The notes below the pieces were generated by a model. It ran no database searches. It worked only from the letters and a program-made list of their open reading frames with translations, and was not told the DNA's origin. From a virus (Duplodnaviria > Caudoviricetes): a stretch of DNA of 49,322 nt. Below, one piece after another: positions 36,001-46,196 of this stretch. Location of the stretch: IMG/VR virus record IMGVR_UViG_3300025673_000002, positions 1 through 49,322 of that record. One strand, written 5' to 3'. The translations under genes were made by a program, and so were the position numbers. Positions within the stretch are counted from its first letter, which is position 1. Every line of letters begins with the position of its first letter.

Positions 36001-39000
36001 TTCGATGGTTGGGGTATCTTCCATCATCAGGAAAAAATCTGAACCGGCCCCTCTAGATGATCGAAAAATGATGGTAATTTTCGATCATTTTGTTAGCTCT
36101 GGTTCTACAGGTCCTATTACAGCTAATTCATATCAGTATAATACGGTAAGTACTATAGATCCTGTATTTACAACATCAACCGTGTCTCAAGGATACGAAC
36201 CGGTTGACGCATATCTTAAAGATTGTATAGATTTTAGACCCACATTAACTTCCCCTACGAATTCAAATCCATTTCACTCTCTTTATAGAACGGTAGACGG
36301 AAATGTATTCTCACTTCCAGAACCAAATACTACAATAACATTAGGATCCCTTGATCACAATCTTCCAAGGATTGATGCTCTATATTTAAATCGGTATGGG
36401 GAATTTAAAATTATGACAGGAATTTCTTCAGAAGAAACTGTAGTTCCTGAAGTGATCTCTGGTTCTATGAAAATAGCAGATATTTTTTATCCACCTCAAA
36501 CAAATTCTACCACCTATAAAGATATACAGATTTCTAAGATTGCGAATCAAAGATATACAATGTCAGATATCCGCAAACTCGATAATCGTATAGATAATTT
36601 AGAATATTATGTCAGTCTTAATCAACTCGAGGCCTCTGCAGCTAATATGGACATTCGTGATGAATTCGGATTTAATAAATTTAAATCCGGGTTTGTTGTT
36701 GATAATTTTAAGGGTCACACAGTAGGAGATGTGACTCACCCCGATTATTCTTGCGCAATTGATAAAAAGAATAATATATTAAGACCCGAAGGTAATATTG
36801 AATCTGCAAATTTAATTTTAGATTCTGTACCAACCGGTTTGGTTCTGACTGGAGATGTTCTGAGTCTTTATTTTGATACTGAGACCCTGGTTTCTCAAGG
36901 AATGGCTACCAAAACTGTTAATGTTAACCCCTTTAATATAATTTCATGGGTTGGTAATATGAAATTATCACCAGAGACTGATACATGGATCGATACCATT
37001 ACAGCACCCGAGATCATCCTCAATAGGGAGGGTAATTACGAAACTCTAAAATCCGAAAATAATATAGGTACGATATGGGAATCGTGGAAGGAACTCTGGG
37101 TTGGGGAAGAAACCCTAAAATCTAAAACTGCATGGTGGAGCAGACAGTGGTCTGAATTAAATCCCGCTAATGGTTGGATGATGTCCGGTCATCATGTGAA
37201 ATCTATATTCTCGCAAACAACTCGAATGCACAGGGAAGGATTAAAAACTGAACTAATTGAATCTTTTGAGAAAAAATTAGTTGGAACTAAAGTTATTAAT
37301 TCAAGTATTATTCCATACATGAGGAAGAATGATATTAAAGTCGATATCATTGGCATGAAAGCTAATACCAGATTTTATCCGTTCTTCGATGGGGTTTCGG
37401 TAATAGAATCCATGTCTAAAGAACAAACGGCCGATCCTTTATTACCCCCGCTTGTTCCAATTATACCTTCTACACAAGCTACAGAATTAAAAACTGATAC
37501 AAAAGGATCTTGGTCTGGTTATTTTACTGTACCAACTGGTACTAAAAAATTCACCACAGGTAAAAAGATTTTAAGATTTACAGATTCAGACATTAATGCA
37601 TATGACGCTACCGTAGATACTGCGGCAGAAGCAACATATGAAGCATCAGGAGTATTGAATACGGAGGAATCGACTTTCCTATCAATTCGTAATGGCGAAA
37701 TCGTCAAATCTACGGTCCTTGAAGGGAAAGATGTTATATCTCTTCGTGAATCTGAAATTGTTGATGCATATAGAGATCCATTAGCACAAACATTTGAAGT
37801 TAAAAAGGATGGCGGGACATTTCTAACATCAATCGATTTATTCTTTCAGACTAAAGATAACATGGAACTCCCTGTTACAGTTATGATAAGGTCTGTTGAT
37901 AATGGGTATCCTGGTAAAATCATACTTCCATTTTCTAAAGTTTCTAAAGATCCAGGTGATGTTAATGTTTCGGAAAACGGAGAATTAGAAACCACATTTG
38001 TATTTGATGGTCCCGTTTATCTTAAAGATAAGAGTGAATATTGTATTGTTATCGAATCCGCTTCGAACAAATACGAATGTTTTGTATCTGAAATAGGAGA
38101 AAAAGATCTTATATCAACTTCTTATATTCAAGATCAACCACATTTGGGTTCATTCTTCATGTCGCAGAATTCATCTACATGGACCGCAGAACAAATGATG
38201 GATCTTAAGTTTACTCTGAATTGTGCAGTATTTCAAACAAATAACCCTGTTACGGCGGAATTAAAATCTGATCTTCTTAAACTTAAATCTGATAAAGCAT
38301 CTTCATCAGATACAGAAGAAACAGTAAAACTAGGGGATAACCCCTTCAGGGTAATAGATAAGAGTTTGACTCTTCCTATATTAAGGGTTTATCATCCAAA
38401 TCACGGTTATATCACCGGTAATAATGTTACCATCAATGGTGCTATAGCACAAGGTTCTCTGGATCACATTAATGGAACATACTCCATCGGCAAATATGAA
38501 ACTGATTATTATCAAATAACAGGGACTAATGCATTGATAAATGTTCTTCCATTAAAGGACTCTAATTTTGGGGGATCTTCAGTTACAGTTGGTAAGAAAC
38601 TTCCATGCGATATATTGCACCCCATAGTTTCCATTATGGATTTCGACGAAACCACAATATCAACTGGACTTTCCGGTTCGGAAGTCCAATTAAATTCTGA
38701 TATCGTTTTGTCAGAAAGAAAATATATATCACCTGCTAATATTTCAAATCCAAAGTTTAATGTAACATTAGGGACGACAAATCCTAATATCTCTCCAATA
38801 ATAGATACAGCTCGGATGAGTCTCCTCGCAATATCTAATAGGGTTGATTCTATTTCAAAGATGATTGATATAATTGATGAAGATAATTATAATGATTCTA
38901 CAGCTTCTGACGGCGATTCTAATTCATCCATATACATAACCAAGAAAATTAATTTAAATAATCCAGCAGAATCTATAAAGGTTTTTATTGATGCTTCAGT

Positions 39001-39277
39001 ACCAACCTCCAATGCTAATATTGAAATCTATTATAAAACCCTCGTTGAAACTTCTGGGCAGTCACAATTTGATGATCTATCTTGGGTGCCATTTAATAAT
39101 AATGGATCTTCTGATTCTGGAATACCAGCTGGTGGTGGATCTGAATTTATTGAGTATGAATATTCCATTGAGAATTTAAATCCATTCAATTCTTTTGCGA
39201 TTAAAGTTGTTATGAAGTCAACTGATACAAGCCGACCACCCCTGATTAAAAACTTTAGAGCTATCGCATTGGCATAA
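33092..39277 (+). CDS. large virion structural protein (DUF4815/VrlC-like)
   Basis: NLNVNPYYDDY, VLFRPGFAVQARELT, RYTMSDI..LDNRI.NLEYY, KSGFVVDNF, DPLAQTF, C-terminal NFRAIALA. Confidence 0.85.
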   Translation: MSFQTNLNVNPYYDDYKEHSVENPEYYQVLFRPGFAVQARELTTLQTILSKQIERFGRHMFQEGSLVIPGNVSYNPKLDYITMDASLLEKGDQLIETGTGVEAVVISIVGSQDFAVTGNADTVYLKYTKTATSGAKTFATGVNNITFIPEGGATVTGGVFSVGPGNDPKSLVGVVDGVYFIRGHFVKCSEHQLIIDQNFTGTVGFNVIETLVTPESAIPGSEITDNATGSSNYGSKGAHRLSIELSLAVKLPADTTENFIELITLKNGILQTKISESKYSFLGDALAKRTYDESGNYTVDEFSIEVNEHLDNGSNLGTYLQSDGGDKDKAVIKIGPGKAYIEGYKLAKNSPTIIDVEKANIPTTILDVGIHGGGGDYFEVKSICFENPLTQTGGLNLDKFGMVRLYNKEIGDAFGFGVGSSAHYNGTPIGIGRLRGVDGTAGDRTKVHLTDIQMDTHIKVDVTGNNSDHLTLAPLLTGQKIIGKSSGAYGYIWTTVWGSDSGITYEKFQILDITGEFVLGESVTFSNIDRISAINSLDPDSIDNATIYSINKESPSSVKMVEFLIGGNSTADIALDDEKVLSGTLTLETNISGAATNQAISNNETYIKGTGTKFITELRPWDIIYSAGIRHRIREVISDTQLTLQSTRLQGGNPVDTHEYTTDYEAFAGINVPATRVRGKLFNNGDESLIYKLPKSNISNTGSQYIATHKRFITSDNAGTGQVTFTDASIGSMNYNWDNSNFTLFKKRITNNETIPGSIDSWVTVPTSEDLWFTPTISGDVATFSHSSISGGDIFLLHIAETASQGANVRGTMEERFNEKIIIGETQHPHIHYGRDYRDDRIALIKEDNSEQYSRVFKIKAIYQYNKNLPEADVQPKITMDTTFSVGSGDIISCVLSGAIGTVTGEVINGSYLNYHPTKGTFATGDAVRILKISDGTLSNHNITGVVLPADGVDVIDVTDSYLLDTGQRSSMVGVSSIIRKKSEPAPLDDRKMMVIFDHFVSSGSTGPITANSYQYNTVSTIDPVFTTSTVSQGYEPVDAYLKDCIDFRPTLTSPTNSNPFHSLYRTVDGNVFSLPEPNTTITLGSLDHNLPRIDALYLNRYGEFKIMTGISSEETVVPEVISGSMKIADIFYPPQTNSTTYKDIQISKIANQRYTMSDIRKLDNRIDNLEYYVSLNQLEASAANMDIRDEFGFNKFKSGFVVDNFKGHTVGDVTHPDYSCAIDKKNNILRPEGNIESANLILDSVPTGLVLTGDVLSLYFDTETLVSQGMATKTVNVNPFNIISWVGNMKLSPETDTWIDTITAPEIILNREGNYETLKSENNIGTIWESWKELWVGEETLKSKTAWWSRQWSELNPANGWMMSGHHVKSIFSQTTRMHREGLKTELIESFEKKLVGTKVINSSIIPYMRKNDIKVDIIGMKANTRFYPFFDGVSVIESMSKEQTADPLLPPLVPIIPSTQATELKTDTKGSWSGYFTVPTGTKKFTTGKKILRFTDSDINAYDATVDTAAEATYEASGVLNTEESTFLSIRNGEIVKSTVLEGKDVISLRESEIVDAYRDPLAQTFEVKKDGGTFLTSIDLFFQTKDNMELPVTVMIRSVDNGYPGKIILPFSKVSKDPGDVNVSENGELETTFVFDGPVYLKDKSEYCIVIESASNKYECFVSEIGEKDLISTSYIQDQPHLGSFFMSQNSSTWTAEQMMDLKFTLNCAVFQTNNPVTAELKSDLLKLKSDKASSSDTEETVKLGDNPFRVIDKSLTLPILRVYHPNHGYITGNNVTINGAIAQGSLDHINGTYSIGKYETDYYQITGTNALINVLPLKDSNFGGSSVTVGKKLPCDILHPIVSIMDFDETTISTGLSGSEVQLNSDIVLSERKYISPANISNPKFNVTLGTTNPNISPIIDTARMSLLAISNRVDSISKMIDIIDEDNYNDSTASDGDSNSSIYITKKINLNNPAESIKVFIDASVPTSNANIEIYYKTLVETSGQSQFDDLSWVPFNNNGSSDSGIPAGGGSEFIEYEYSIENLNPFNSFAIKVVMKSTDTSRPPLIKNFRAIALA

Positions 39278-39278
39278 C

Positions 39279-39497
39279 ATGGAAGTTAAAATAGATTCCC
39301 ATTCAGGGTTATATAAGGATACCGATTCGAACTCGGTTGTATCCAAGAAAAATTCAAAGGAATATTTAGATTATAAACTTAGACGATCTAATATGAAGAA
39401 TATAAATAACATAATAAAGGATATATCATTTCTAAAAGATGAAATCTCCAAAATAAATCAAAAAATTAAAGATATAGAGGTATCAAATGTCAACTGA
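39279..39497 (+). CDS. small coiled-coil protein
   Basis: GLYKD..S.SVV N-terminus, heptad C-terminus; sits between two structural genes. Confidence 0.7.
   Translation: MEVKIDSHSGLYKDTDSNSVVSKKNSKEYLDYKLRRSNMKNINNIIKDISFLKDEISKINQKIKDIEVSNVN
39401..39408 (+). promoter_or_regulatory. possible T4 late promoter for the tail fibre gene
   Basis: TATAAATA about 80 nt upstream of ATG 39487, inside the preceding CDS. Confidence 0.45.
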
Positions 39498-42400
39498 AGT
39501 TAAGTTTAGAGGCGGAACCACACTCGACCATGTAACATTTGCTGGCGCGGACCGTGAAATGACCATAGATACTACTAAAAAAACAGTAGTAGTTCACGAC
39601 GGATCAACTCAGGGGGGTCAAGCATTAGCTAGAGACGGGGTTCATGGTCGAGAAGATCTTGGTATTGAAAATCATGAGAAGATTGTTGTTGATACACTCG
39701 GACAAATTGATGGGGATTTAGACGTTATTGGCGATATTAATGCAACTGGTAATATTAATATCGACGGGACACTCACTGGTGACGGTTCTGGATTAACAGG
39801 AGTAACAGGAGTTTCCGAAGGTGATACTGTTCAAAGGTGGATTTTTAAAGACGCCGAAGATCAACCCCTTACCCCGGGCGCAAGTGAAAATACTCCTATA
39901 GCGTTAGGGTGGACCAATTCAGCTCCCTCTACATATACATATAGATTATGGGTATCCTTAGGAACTAAACCAGTTGGGGTTCTAGATTTTACATGGGGAA
40001 TACCAACACCCCATACCGGTGAGCAAGGATTAACTGGAGCACCAGGTCCTGCTTGGCATTCTGGATCGGGTGATCCTCCACAGGTACTTGGTATAGTCGG
40101 AGATTTTTATCTTGATGCAGACGCTGAAAGAGTGTGGGAAAAAATCTCTGGGTCTCCCGATACATGGATAGTAGATATCGATCATCTAGGCGGTACGGAT
40201 GGCAATCTACATAATTGGATATTCCAAGATTCCCCAACTAAACCAAATGTTCCGGATCCCTCAACGGGTATTCCAGCATCATGGACTGATATAGTTCCGG
40301 TTTCACCTACCACCCTTCTTTGGGCTACTATTGGAATTAAAGCTGGTAATATTGGAGACTTTATTTGGGGTAATGTAATACAGTTATCCGGGGACGTTGG
40401 ACCTACAGGTCATTCTATATACCCAATCTATGCTATAGATGAGAATGGTACCAATGCATCATTAATACAAGGGGCAAGAACGTATGTAAATTTCTACGAG
40501 TCCCCTACGATTATAACCGAAGCACATTTGACGGCATCATTTCTTTCGGGTTTAACATTTGTTAAAATTGCTGGTGGTAATATATATCCAATTTATGCCG
40601 CAGATGAGGACGGTTTAAATGCATCATTAATTCCCTCTTCATCTAAAATGTGGGTAAATTTCTTCGAATCTGCTACATCAATAGTCGAGAATGACCTAAG
40701 CAATAACGGGGGAAGTATTAATGTTACCAACCTCTTATATATACAATACATAGGAACTAATGGTGACGAAGGCCTGTCAACTTATACTTATACTGTATAT
40801 ACCAAAACTTCTTCTGTTTTAGGTTCTGCTGATAAACCATACGGCGGATCGTTTAATTTTGGAACTAATCTTCCTACCGAGCCTCCTCCGCAATCTGCGA
40901 CTGTTACTTGGTATAATAATCTCGAGGACATCCCGGCTTCAACAGATCAGTTATGGTCTTCTCGGGCAATAGCCACAACTGAAGGGGTAACGGGGATATC
41001 TACAAATACCTTAGTTTGGTCAAATCCGATTAAAGGTGCTCTAGATGGTATTAATGGTCTATCAAAATATACGTGGCCAGTATATCTGAGATCCCCAACT
41101 ACCCCCTCAAAACCAGTCGGTGGATCGTTTAATTTTGGAACTAATATTCCGACACCACCAGTCGGTGGTTGGTCTAATAATATTCCATCCGTAGGCACCG
41201 ATCAAATTTATCAATCATATGCCATAGCTACTATCACTGGAGCTACAGATACATGGGACGCAACAGGATTAAATCCGAACCCATGGTCTACACCGGTTCC
41301 TTTTATTAGAGATGGTGCAGACGGGATTGATGGTGGTGCAGTTGCTCAATTATCAGTCTACACTAGATCAGCAACTCCCCCAGTCCCATTAACCCCCAAT
41401 GGTGGTACATATGTATTTTCTACAAATACATTAACCGCACCTACCGGATGGTCTGCATCTATACCCAATGGAACAGATCCACTATATCATTCTATTTCGA
41501 ATGTTTCTAATAAAGACGAGAATGACGTATTTACAGACACAGTAACCCCGCTTTGGTCTTCTGGGGAAATTATATCGGGGAGTGATGGTACTGCAGGTAA
41601 ATCGACTTTCTTATATCCCGTATATATGAGGTCAGTGGGTACCCCAGCGACACCGATCGGTACAAATGCCCAAAGAGGATCGTACCATTTTGGTAATAAT
41701 GTCGGAGTTCCCCCATCAAATCCAAATCAATGGTATAACAGTATACCGGCGACTGGTGACGGTAATATATACGTTTCAACTACTATGGCCTCTGCTGTAG
41801 GGCCCACAGGAGAAGATACAGATTTAGATTGGTCAACTCCCGTTGAAACTGGGGCTGATGGTCTTGATGCCATTTCAACTTTTGCATACCAAGTTTATTA
41901 TCGTGCCCCGGACGCTTCCCCGCCGAATCAACCAGTCACAGGGACAGAAAATACTGCGAATGGTGAATTCAATTTTACATCAAATGAAGGTACACCACCA
42001 TTCATTGCGGGTACATCAGGAACTCAATGGTCTAACAATATTCCAACCGGTACAGATCCAGTATGGGTCACACGAACTTTAGCTTCTATAACAGGTAGTA
42101 TTGGAATCGATTCAACTTTAGAATGGACTATTCCGGATAGAGCATATGCAGACGGTCAAGATGGTGTCATTGGTTCTGATGGGACCAACGGTGTAACTAC
42201 AGTCCAATTAACTTCTTGGTTTCGTGGATCGACACCACCACCTACATCAACTCCAACCGGTGGGTCTTACAATTTTGGAACGAATGGGTTAACTCCACCT
42301 ACCGGATGGTCTACAACTCCCCCACCAGATACAGGCGTGGCATCGGATATTCTTTATCAAACCGTATCGCATGTATGGTCACAGCATTATATTGATGAGA

Positions 42401-45345
42401 ATGATGGTATATTAAAAAATTACAATCCATCTGCGACTTATGATGCTGTCAACGAAGAGTGGAGCGTTGTTCCGCTTTGGTCAACCTCTGTTAAATCTTC
42501 TGGGGATTTTGCAAAATCGACTTATACTTATGTTATATATAGAAGATCTGCTACAGATTTAGTTTCTTCTGATAAACCTACGGGTGGCACTGGAAGTTTC
42601 AATTTTACAACTAATCTTCCTGGTACTCCACCAGCAAATTGGTATAATACAGAAGACGCAGACGGAACTGATAATCAACTCTGGCATTCAAGAGCATTAG
42701 CTTCTATCGATGGTCATTCGGGTATTGATGATGATCTAGATTGGAGTGATCCGATGAAGGATTCAATGTCTGCAAGATCCACTTATACTTATCAGGTGTT
42801 CAGAAGATCATCGGTGGATATCAATGGTAATATTGCAGAGTCACCCTCTGGAGGAAGTTTTAATTTTGGGACTAATCTTCCTGGTGCTGCACCAACAAAT
42901 TGGTCTAATATAACACCTCCCGGAACAGACGATCTTTATGTTTCTCGAGCTATAGCATCAGTTTTAGGAGCCACAGATACAGATTCATCTTTAAGTTGGG
43001 GTGCCCCCGAATTTATATCATCGAGTGGTACTAATGGAGCTCCGGGTTATTCTGCGACTAGTGTTCAAGTATATAAAAAGGGAACACCAGGGGAAACTCC
43101 GGATAACCTCGATGGTAATCCTACTGGGAATACAGTCGGTACAGCGACATATTGGTTTGCCAGTGGGGATTTAACTTTCACCGGATCAAATAACCAAGGT
43201 TGGACTACAGAACCACCAGCTCTAATAGCAGGGGAAGAATCGTGGGTTTCTACAGCGTTGGCATCTGCTACTACAACATATGATATAATTTCCCCCTCGG
43301 AATGGTCAGATCCACTATTATATTCTAGGGTTGGAGATGATGGTGAGACACCTCTGAATAATGCCGTAGTATTTGCTTATCAAAAATCTGATGTTACTCT
43401 TACTTCAAAACCAGGTGGTCCACACATATATACGTTTGCCACCGCAACTTCTCAACCATCTTGGAGTTCTAGTAGCCTTGGCAACGGTTGGGTGTCAGAT
43501 CTCGGTGCTGTTACTACTGGAACATCATTATGGATGTGTTCGGCGACAGCATCCGATGCAGGGCCTAGTGACGTTGTTGAATCTTCGAATTGGTCGAACC
43601 CAATAGAGGTTGTTGCTGATGGTACCAATGGTGTTGGTACGGATGGAGCTATTTCCGTATCGGGGTGGGTATATCTTACGGCGGGTCAATCTAGTTCATC
43701 TACTCCAGCTACCCCATACGCAAGTTCCTATAATATTAGTGCTGGAACATTTTCTGGTTTAAAGTCTGGCTGGTCTGCAACACCTCCACCAACAATTCAT
43801 GCAAATCTCCATTATTTTGCGGCTAGATATTGGGGTACAGAAAATACTGCCGGAACTGGTACTGTAAGTCCCGTTAGCTTCTCGACAGCATTCAATCATT
43901 TAAATCTCGATGGTGTTGTAACATTTACTAATAATGCATTCGGCGACGCAGGTACCACTCATATCGATGGTGGCGATATCGCAACAGGAACATTAAGCCT
44001 TGATGTTCTTAAAAACAATAGTACACATCTTGTTGGAGGAGATGCTTTTAGTCTAGGTATAACAGGTCAACAATTATTAGCATCTAGTTTTGATTCTATA
44101 CTCCACATAAAGGCTGATGATGCTTTAAAGGTACCCGTGTGGTGTAGACATAGTAACGGTGGTTGGGCTGCCGGTTTCGCTACTATGAACGGCAGCTCTG
44201 GTACTGGATCCGCTGGTTTTTTTATGAACACGGAAAGTGCCGACGGTTTTGGTGATACTGATAAAAATACACAAGTTACATTATGTGGTTCTACAGTTGG
44301 CGCTGAACTATATAGATATCATAATAGCTCAACACAAGTCGAATCTTCTGTTAAACTTGCTAGAGAAATACAGATGTTATCGCGTCTTTATGATTCTTCT
44401 GGTAATTCCATAATCGAATGTAATTTAGGGTCCCCAGACTATTCACTGTTGCTCCATCAGAAGAATTTTTGGGGTGGAAATACTACACATAATGTACAAA
44501 TTGCTCACATAGCGTCGGCGATTAAGGTCGGTTATTTGCAACAACTAATAATCAGTAGTGCAGCAGACCAAACATCAGCAACAGCTGAATATGTTGGTAT
44601 ATATCTTTCAACTCACGATGGATCATCTCATCCGATAGCAAACAAAAGTTGGGACGGGCTTCGTACTCATGGGGGTAATATAACCACCATTAACGGTGGT
44701 TATGGTGGGGCTGGGGATTACCATTCTGGGACTGGGGGTTATCTTACGTTCACCGGGGCTCATATGTCAGCTATTAATAAAAGTGAATCTCCGGAGATAG
44801 GAGATATATTAATAGATCAATCCGTTATAGGTATTAGTCATGTTTCCGAAAGTTTTACTCAAGTAGTTCGATCTTCTACTTCTAATCAAAAAGCAGCAAT
44901 TGGTGTATTTAACGGTGATACTAAAACACTGAATGATATTTTAAATGGGCGAGGACCAACAATTCTAATAGAAGATCATCCATATACGGAAGAGGAATTA
45001 TCTAATCACTATGCTCTTCAGAATGCAACCGCTTCTGAAGAAGATAGCCCAACAAATACACCCCCTTTATCACGAAGTAAATTAAAAGACGAATTTGCTA
45101 ATATTCTGGATACTAACGATATTATACAAATTAATGCTGTAGGTGAAGGTGCTGTTAATGTATGTGGGGAAAATGGGGGTTTCGAAGCAGGGGATTTAAT
45201 TGTCACATCATCTACTCCGGGTAAAGGAATGAAACAAGATGACGATATTATTAGATCTTATACAGTAGCTAAAGTCCGAGAGAATGTAACATTCTCTGAT
45301 CCTACAGAAGTTAAACTCGTCGCTTGTATATACCTTTGCGGTTAA
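39487..45345 (+). CDS. long tail fibre/receptor-binding protein with tandem repeats and C-terminal autoproteolytic chaperone-like domain
   Basis: Mtd-N-like start (FRGGTT..H..F.GA..E.TIDT.K..VVVHDG), about 90-aa repeats with GxDG linkers, C-terminal FTGAH...GEG..V...GDLIVTS..PG.GMKQ. Confidence 0.8.
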   Translation: MSTEVKFRGGTTLDHVTFAGADREMTIDTTKKTVVVHDGSTQGGQALARDGVHGREDLGIENHEKIVVDTLGQIDGDLDVIGDINATGNINIDGTLTGDGSGLTGVTGVSEGDTVQRWIFKDAEDQPLTPGASENTPIALGWTNSAPSTYTYRLWVSLGTKPVGVLDFTWGIPTPHTGEQGLTGAPGPAWHSGSGDPPQVLGIVGDFYLDADAERVWEKISGSPDTWIVDIDHLGGTDGNLHNWIFQDSPTKPNVPDPSTGIPASWTDIVPVSPTTLLWATIGIKAGNIGDFIWGNVIQLSGDVGPTGHSIYPIYAIDENGTNASLIQGARTYVNFYESPTIITEAHLTASFLSGLTFVKIAGGNIYPIYAADEDGLNASLIPSSSKMWVNFFESATSIVENDLSNNGGSINVTNLLYIQYIGTNGDEGLSTYTYTVYTKTSSVLGSADKPYGGSFNFGTNLPTEPPPQSATVTWYNNLEDIPASTDQLWSSRAIATTEGVTGISTNTLVWSNPIKGALDGINGLSKYTWPVYLRSPTTPSKPVGGSFNFGTNIPTPPVGGWSNNIPSVGTDQIYQSYAIATITGATDTWDATGLNPNPWSTPVPFIRDGADGIDGGAVAQLSVYTRSATPPVPLTPNGGTYVFSTNTLTAPTGWSASIPNGTDPLYHSISNVSNKDENDVFTDTVTPLWSSGEIISGSDGTAGKSTFLYPVYMRSVGTPATPIGTNAQRGSYHFGNNVGVPPSNPNQWYNSIPATGDGNIYVSTTMASAVGPTGEDTDLDWSTPVETGADGLDAISTFAYQVYYRAPDASPPNQPVTGTENTANGEFNFTSNEGTPPFIAGTSGTQWSNNIPTGTDPVWVTRTLASITGSIGIDSTLEWTIPDRAYADGQDGVIGSDGTNGVTTVQLTSWFRGSTPPPTSTPTGGSYNFGTNGLTPPTGWSTTPPPDTGVASDILYQTVSHVWSQHYIDENDGILKNYNPSATYDAVNEEWSVVPLWSTSVKSSGDFAKSTYTYVIYRRSATDLVSSDKPTGGTGSFNFTTNLPGTPPANWYNTEDADGTDNQLWHSRALASIDGHSGIDDDLDWSDPMKDSMSARSTYTYQVFRRSSVDINGNIAESPSGGSFNFGTNLPGAAPTNWSNITPPGTDDLYVSRAIASVLGATDTDSSLSWGAPEFISSSGTNGAPGYSATSVQVYKKGTPGETPDNLDGNPTGNTVGTATYWFASGDLTFTGSNNQGWTTEPPALIAGEESWVSTALASATTTYDIISPSEWSDPLLYSRVGDDGETPLNNAVVFAYQKSDVTLTSKPGGPHIYTFATATSQPSWSSSSLGNGWVSDLGAVTTGTSLWMCSATASDAGPSDVVESSNWSNPIEVVADGTNGVGTDGAISVSGWVYLTAGQSSSSTPATPYASSYNISAGTFSGLKSGWSATPPPTIHANLHYFAARYWGTENTAGTGTVSPVSFSTAFNHLNLDGVVTFTNNAFGDAGTTHIDGGDIATGTLSLDVLKNNSTHLVGGDAFSLGITGQQLLASSFDSILHIKADDALKVPVWCRHSNGGWAAGFATMNGSSGTGSAGFFMNTESADGFGDTDKNTQVTLCGSTVGAELYRYHNSSTQVESSVKLAREIQMLSRLYDSSGNSIIECNLGSPDYSLLLHQKNFWGGNTTHNVQIAHIASAIKVGYLQQLIISSAADQTSATAEYVGIYLSTHDGSSHPIANKSWDGLRTHGGNITTINGGYGGAGDYHSGTGGYLTFTGAHMSAINKSESPEIGDILIDQSVIGISHVSESFTQVVRSSTSNQKAAIGVFNGDTKTLNDILNGRGPTILIEDHPYTEEELSNHYALQNATASEEDSPTNTPPLSRSKLKDEFANILDTNDIIQINAVGEGAVNVCGENGGFEAGDLIVTSSTPGKGMKQDDDIIRSYTVAKVRENVTFSDPTEVKLVACIYLCG
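40760..43640 (+). repeat. coding tandem repeats of about 90 aa
   Basis: Recurring STYTY.VY...P.GGSFNFGTN...W...WS.P; exact 24-nt repeat GGATCGTTTAATTTTGGAACTAAT at 40846-40869 and 41122-41145 (276 nt apart). Confidence 0.85.
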
Positions 45346-45353
45346 TATAAATA
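45346..45353 (+). promoter_or_regulatory. T4 late promoter
   Basis: TATAAATA upstream of gp13. Confidence 0.78.
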
Positions 45354-45388
45354 ACACAATATATCCAGAGAAACCATAGAGAATAATA

Positions 45389-46192
45389 ATGGCATTAACA
45401 ACAAAATCTGAATTATCTGAATATTGTCTTCGAAAACTAGGTAAACCAGTTGTCGATATTAATGTTGATATTGATCAAATCTCGGACAGAATAGATGATG
45501 CGCTTGAATATTTCAATCAATTTCATTATGATGGGATTGAAAGATTATATCTATCTCACACAATAACTCAGGCTGACCTTGATCGCTCGGTAGGGGTTAA
45601 TTCTGTTACAGCAACAGAGGATTCGGTTTCATCAATTTGGACAGATCAAAATAATTGGATTGCCATACCAGATTCGGTTGTATCCATTGTTAATGTATAT
45701 CATCCGTCCTCTGCATTCGGATCTAGCTGGTACAATCAAGCAGAAATGATACAATCTGGTTTAATTGATTTAGACCCCGCAGCATCTCTCATTTCTACAG
45801 AAATGGCTAGAGAAAAATTAGATATGATTGATAATATGTTTAATATTAAACCATCAATTAGATTTAACCATTTGAGCTCTAAATTATATTTTGATAATAC
45901 TTGGTCAGAAACTTTTAAAGTTGATGAGACTATAATTATTGAATGCTACAGAAAAACCGATCCTTCCGTGGCAGTAAGACTCTATAACGATGTGTTCCTC
46001 AAGAGATATGCTACGGAACTCATTAAAAGACAATGGGGTCAAAACCTACAGAAATTCAAAGGTATCGCAATGATCGGTGGTGTTGAAATTGATGCAGATA
46101 CTATATATACTCAAGCACAAGAAGAAATTGAAAAACTTGAAGAAAAGATATTATCTACATATCAAGCACCGCTTGATTTTATTATAGGTTAG
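45389..46192 (+). CDS. gp13: neck protein
   Basis: YCLRKLGKPVVDINVD, KRYATELIKRQWGQNL.KF. Confidence 0.95.
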   Translation: MALTTKSELSEYCLRKLGKPVVDINVDIDQISDRIDDALEYFNQFHYDGIERLYLSHTITQADLDRSVGVNSVTATEDSVSSIWTDQNNWIAIPDSVVSIVNVYHPSSAFGSSWYNQAEMIQSGLIDLDPAASLISTEMAREKLDMIDNMFNIKPSIRFNHLSSKLYFDNTWSETFKVDETIIIECYRKTDPSVAVRLYNDVFLKRYATELIKRQWGQNLQKFKGIAMIGGVEIDADTIYTQAQEEIEKLEEKILSTYQAPLDFIIG

Positions 46193-46196
46193 AGCG

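Noticed and set aside
40760-43640. CRISPR-like array
   Set aside because: Repeats are degenerate, in frame, about 270 nt apart and inside a CDS; no cas genes.
39487-45345. Diversity-generating retroelement suggested by the Mtd-N-like domain and repeats
   Set aside because: No reverse transcriptase and no template/variable repeat pair with adenine-specific mismatches seen in this window.
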